Assembly: GCA_051746725.1 (NCBI GenBank)
Contig: JBNJFI010000072.1
Span: 1 to 10,591 of the forward strand
Source of the DNA: Fusobacteriota bacterium
GTDB taxonomy: Bacteria > Fusobacteriota > Fusobacteriia > Fusobacteriales > JBNJFI01
Direction: 5' to 3'
DNA length: 10,591 nucleotides
The notes beneath the pieces are model-generated. The model worked only from the letters and a program-made list of their open reading frames with translations. It was not told the origin of the DNA and ran no database searches. A program made the translations under genes and the position numbers. Shown here one piece after another: positions 8,249-10,591 of the stretch (the first letter of the stretch is position 1; the number at the start of each line of letters is the position of its first letter).

Positions 8249-9448
8249 ATGGATTCAAAAAAGCCTAAAATTGAAATCTATAGTTTGAACTGGTGTCCAT
8301 ATTGTAGAAAGGCAAAGGCATTTTTTAGAAGTAAAAATATAGAGTATATAGAATACAAAATAGATAAAGATAAAACAAAAAAAGAAATGATCGAGAGAAG
8401 CAATGGCTCTAAAACAGTTCCACAAATATTTATAGATGGAATTCATATTGGCGGTTATGACGATCTTATAAAATCAGAAAATAGTGGAGAGTTAAACAAA
8501 ATATTAGGATTGAAACCAGAAAAACTTTCTAAAGTATGGGATTTAGTTATTGTTGGAGCTGGTCCTGCAGGTTTAAATGCAGCCTTATACGCTGCTAGAA
8601 AAGGACTAAAAGTGTTAGTTTTGTCAGTAGCCCTAGGAGGACAAGTTATAGAAACTGATGAGGTTGATAACTGGATTGGCAGTAAAAATATAAGTGGTGG
8701 AGATTTAATGCAAAGATTCTGGGAACATGTTGAAAAATATGATGTTAAAATAAAATTGGGGATAGAAGTAATAGATATATTAGAAAAAGAAAACTTTAAG
8801 ATAATAAAAAGTAAGAATTCCGAATTTAAAACTAGAACTGTTATAATTGCAACAGGAACACACAATCGAAGTTTGGGAGTTTCTGGAGAGCATAAATTAA
8901 AAGGAAGAGGAGTTCATTATTGTGCAATTTGCGATGGATATCTATATGCAGGAGAAAAAGTGGCAGTTGTAGGTGGAGGGAATTCTGGATTAGAAGCAGC
9001 TTTAGATATGGCGAAATTGGGAAGTAATGTAAATTTGATAGAATTACAAGATCGATTAATGGGCGACGATCTTTTGCAAGAAAAAGTTAATAAAAACAAG
9101 AAAATAAATATAAATACTGGCTATGAAATAGAGAATATAAAGGGGGATGATCATGTAGAAGAGATTGAAATTCGAGATATTGAAACTGGTGAATATAAAA
9201 ATATAAATGTTAATGCAGTTTTTGTTGAGATAGGCTTAATACCCAACAGTGGATTTTTAAATCACTTAATTAAGATTAATGATATTAATGAAATTATAAT
9301 CAATCAAAAAAATGAGACTAATATAAAAGGTATCTGGGCTGCTGGAGATGTTACTAATATAAAGGACAAACAAATTATAGTTTCAGCAGCTGAAGGTGCT
9401 AAATCAGCTCTTAGAGTTAATGAATATCTTCAATTACAGTCCAATTAA
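8249..9448 (+). CDS. Glutaredoxin (Grx3-like) fused to a low-MW thioredoxin reductase/AhpF-type disulfide reductase
   Basis: aa 1-~90 carry WCPYC, TVPQIFI and GGYDDL. The remainder carries GAGPAG, GGQV, IIATG, HYCAICDG (C225/C228), GGGNSGLEAA, WAAGDVT and KQIIVSAAEGAKSAL. Single uninterrupted frame; RBS AAGGAG upstream. Confidence 0.92.
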   Translation: MDSKKPKIEIYSLNWCPYCRKAKAFFRSKNIEYIEYKIDKDKTKKEMIERSNGSKTVPQIFIDGIHIGGYDDLIKSENSGELNKILGLKPEKLSKVWDLVIVGAGPAGLNAALYAARKGLKVLVLSVALGGQVIETDEVDNWIGSKNISGGDLMQRFWEHVEKYDVKIKLGIEVIDILEKENFKIIKSKNSEFKTRTVIIATGTHNRSLGVSGEHKLKGRGVHYCAICDGYLYAGEKVAVVGGGNSGLEAALDMAKLGSNVNLIELQDRLMGDDLLQEKVNKNKKININTGYEIENIKGDDHVEEIEIRDIETGEYKNINVNAVFVEIGLIPNSGFLNHLIKINDINEIIINQKNETNIKGIWAAGDVTNIKDKQIIVSAAEGAKSALRVNEYLQLQSN

Positions 9449-9490
9449 GATGAATTAGACTATATTGATTTAATTTTGACTTAATATTGT

Positions 9491-9519
9491 TTGACAAAAT
9501 GCATAAAATATAGTAAAAT
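9491..9519 (+). promoter_or_regulatory. Sigma70-type promoter of rplM-rpsI
   Basis: TTGACA (9491-9496), 17-nt spacer, TAAAAT (9514-9519), with AT-rich sequence upstream. Confidence 0.85.
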
Positions 9520-9593
9520 AGATTTAATAACCTTTCCCACAAGGTTTAGAAACATCCCGTTCAAAATTAGAAAAAGATCGAGGAGGAACAAAA

Positions 9594-10022
9594 GTGAAAA
9601 CGTTTATGTTAAGAAAAGAAGATGTTACGAGAGATTGGTATGAATTAGATTTAGAAGGAAAAACGTTAGGTAGAGTAGCAACTAAAATTGCTATGACTCT
9701 AATGGGAAAAAACAAAGTTACTTATACTCCCCATGTTGATAATGGAGATTATGTTGTTGTTACAAATGCAAAAAAGGTAGCTGTAACAGGTAAAAAGTTA
9801 ATGGACAAAAAATATTACAGACACAGTGGATATATAGGTGGATTAACTACAAAAAATTTATCTGAAATGTTAGATAAAAAACCTGAAGATGTTATAAAAC
9901 TAGCAGTTAAAAGAATGCTTCCTAAAAATAAATTAGGTAGTCAAATGCTTACAAGATTAAAAGTAAATGCTGGTCCAGAACATAATAATAGTGCACAACA
10001 ACCAAAAAAGTTAGAGATATAG
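9594..10022 (+). CDS. rplM: 50S ribosomal protein L13
   Basis: Motifs [36 protein letters not shown] and [15 protein letters not shown] start after GAGGAGG (9580-9586). Confidence 0.99.
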   Translation: MKTFMLRKEDVTRDWYELDLEGKTLGRVATKIAMTLMGKNKVTYTPHVDNGDYVVVTNAKKVAVTGKKLMDKKYYRHSGYIGGLTTKNLSEMLDKKPEDVIKLAVKRMLPKNKLGSQMLTRLKVNAGPEHNNSAQQPKKLEI

Positions 10023-10034
10023 GAGGTATATAAA

Positions 10035-10430
10035 GTGGCAGAACAAATACAATATTGGGGAACTGGAAGAAGAAAAACAAGTGTTGCAAGAGTTAGACTA
10101 TTGCCTGGTGAATCGGGAATAGTAGTCAACGATAGAGAGTTAGATGAATATTTTGATAGAAAAATATTATCTATGATTGTAAAACAACCATTAAAATTGA
10201 CAGATACTTTAAATAAATTTAAGGTAATGGTTAATGTTAATGGAGGAGGAACTTCTGGTCAAGCTGGAGCTATTCGACATGGTATTTCTAGAGCTCTTTT
10301 AAAAGCAGACTCTGAATTAAGAGGAGATTTAAAAGCAGCTGGATACTTAACAAGAGATTCAAGAATGGTAGAAAGAAAAAAATATGGTCGAAAGAAAGCA
10401 AGAAAGAGTTCTCAATTTTCAAAAAGATAA
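10035..10430 (+). CDS. rpsI: 30S ribosomal protein S9
   Basis: Motifs [31 protein letters not shown] and [17 protein letters not shown]...QFSKR. GTG start; RBS AGGAGG (10021-10026) overlaps the rplM stop. Confidence 0.99.
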   Translation: MAEQIQYWGTGRRKTSVARVRLLPGESGIVVNDRELDEYFDRKILSMIVKQPLKLTDTLNKFKVMVNVNGGGTSGQAGAIRHGISRALLKADSELRGDLKAAGYLTRDSRMVERKKYGRKKARKSSQFSKR

Positions 10431-10436
10431 ATTATC

Positions 10437-10469
10437 AAAACAGAGTATATTTTTATACTCTGTTTTTTT
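10437..10469 (+). terminator. Rho-independent terminator of rplM-rpsI
   Basis: AAAACAGAGTATA-TTTT-TATACTCTGTTTT hairpin with a T7 tract (10463-10469), just after the rpsI stop. Confidence 0.9.
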
Positions 10470-10525
10470 ATTTTTTGAAATTAAAATAATAACTAAAGTA
10501 CAATAAGGAATAACCGAAAAAACCC

Positions 10526-10554
10526 TTGACAAAATCCTGATAAAAGGTTATTAT
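10526..10554 (+). promoter_or_regulatory. Sigma70-type promoter for a downstream gene outside the window
   Basis: TTGACA (10526-10531), 17-nt spacer, TATTAT (10549-10554). Confidence 0.8.
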
Positions 10555-10568
10555 ATAACCACAGGTAA

Positions 10569-10578
10569 AAACCGGTTT
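10569..10578. promoter_or_regulatory. Putative LacI-family operator
   Basis: Perfect palindrome AAACCGGTTT with a central CG, about 8-17 nt downstream of the predicted transcription start (~10561). Confidence 0.5.
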
Positions 10579-10591
10579 CGTAGATGAGTTT

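Noticed and set aside
8255..9099. Three minus-strand ORFs (63, 136 and 60 aa)
   Set aside because: All lie antisense to the Grx-reductase gene and have no motifs or independent support.
9524..10129. Two minus-strand ORFs (63 and 62 aa)
   Set aside because: Antisense to the highly conserved rplM/rpsI genes.
10395..10430. S9 tail [11 protein letters not shown] lacking the usual Pro before QFSKR
   Set aside because: A single substitution at a position that varies among bacteria; the terminal SKR is intact.

Overview
Very AT-rich bacterial chromosomal window with all credible genes on the + strand. The L13/S9 sequences (e.g. S9 '[12 protein letters not shown]') resemble my recollection of Fusobacteriota proteins, and a Blc-type lipoprotein fits a diderm host; the taxonomy is an inference. 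Gene order: 3' end of rpiB, HIT hydrolase, TrmH/SpoU methyltransferase, zinc-ribbon membrane protein, a perfect 20-bp inverted repeat, pentapeptide-repeat protein, AI-2E transporter, YvlD/phage_holin_4-type membrane protein, Nudix hydrolase, lipocalin, CoA-disulfide reductase-rhodanese fusion, orphan MASE3 histidine kinase, glutaredoxin-thioredoxin reductase (AhpF-like) fusion, then rplM-rpsI with a clear promoter and terminator, and a final promoter carrying palindromic operator-like sites. No mobile element, CRISPR array or RNA gene is visible. The best candidate for an undescribed system is the thiol-redox trio at 4929-9448 (CoADR-RHD, MASE3 kinase, Grx-reductase fusion), but linkage of the three genes is inferred only from adjacency.
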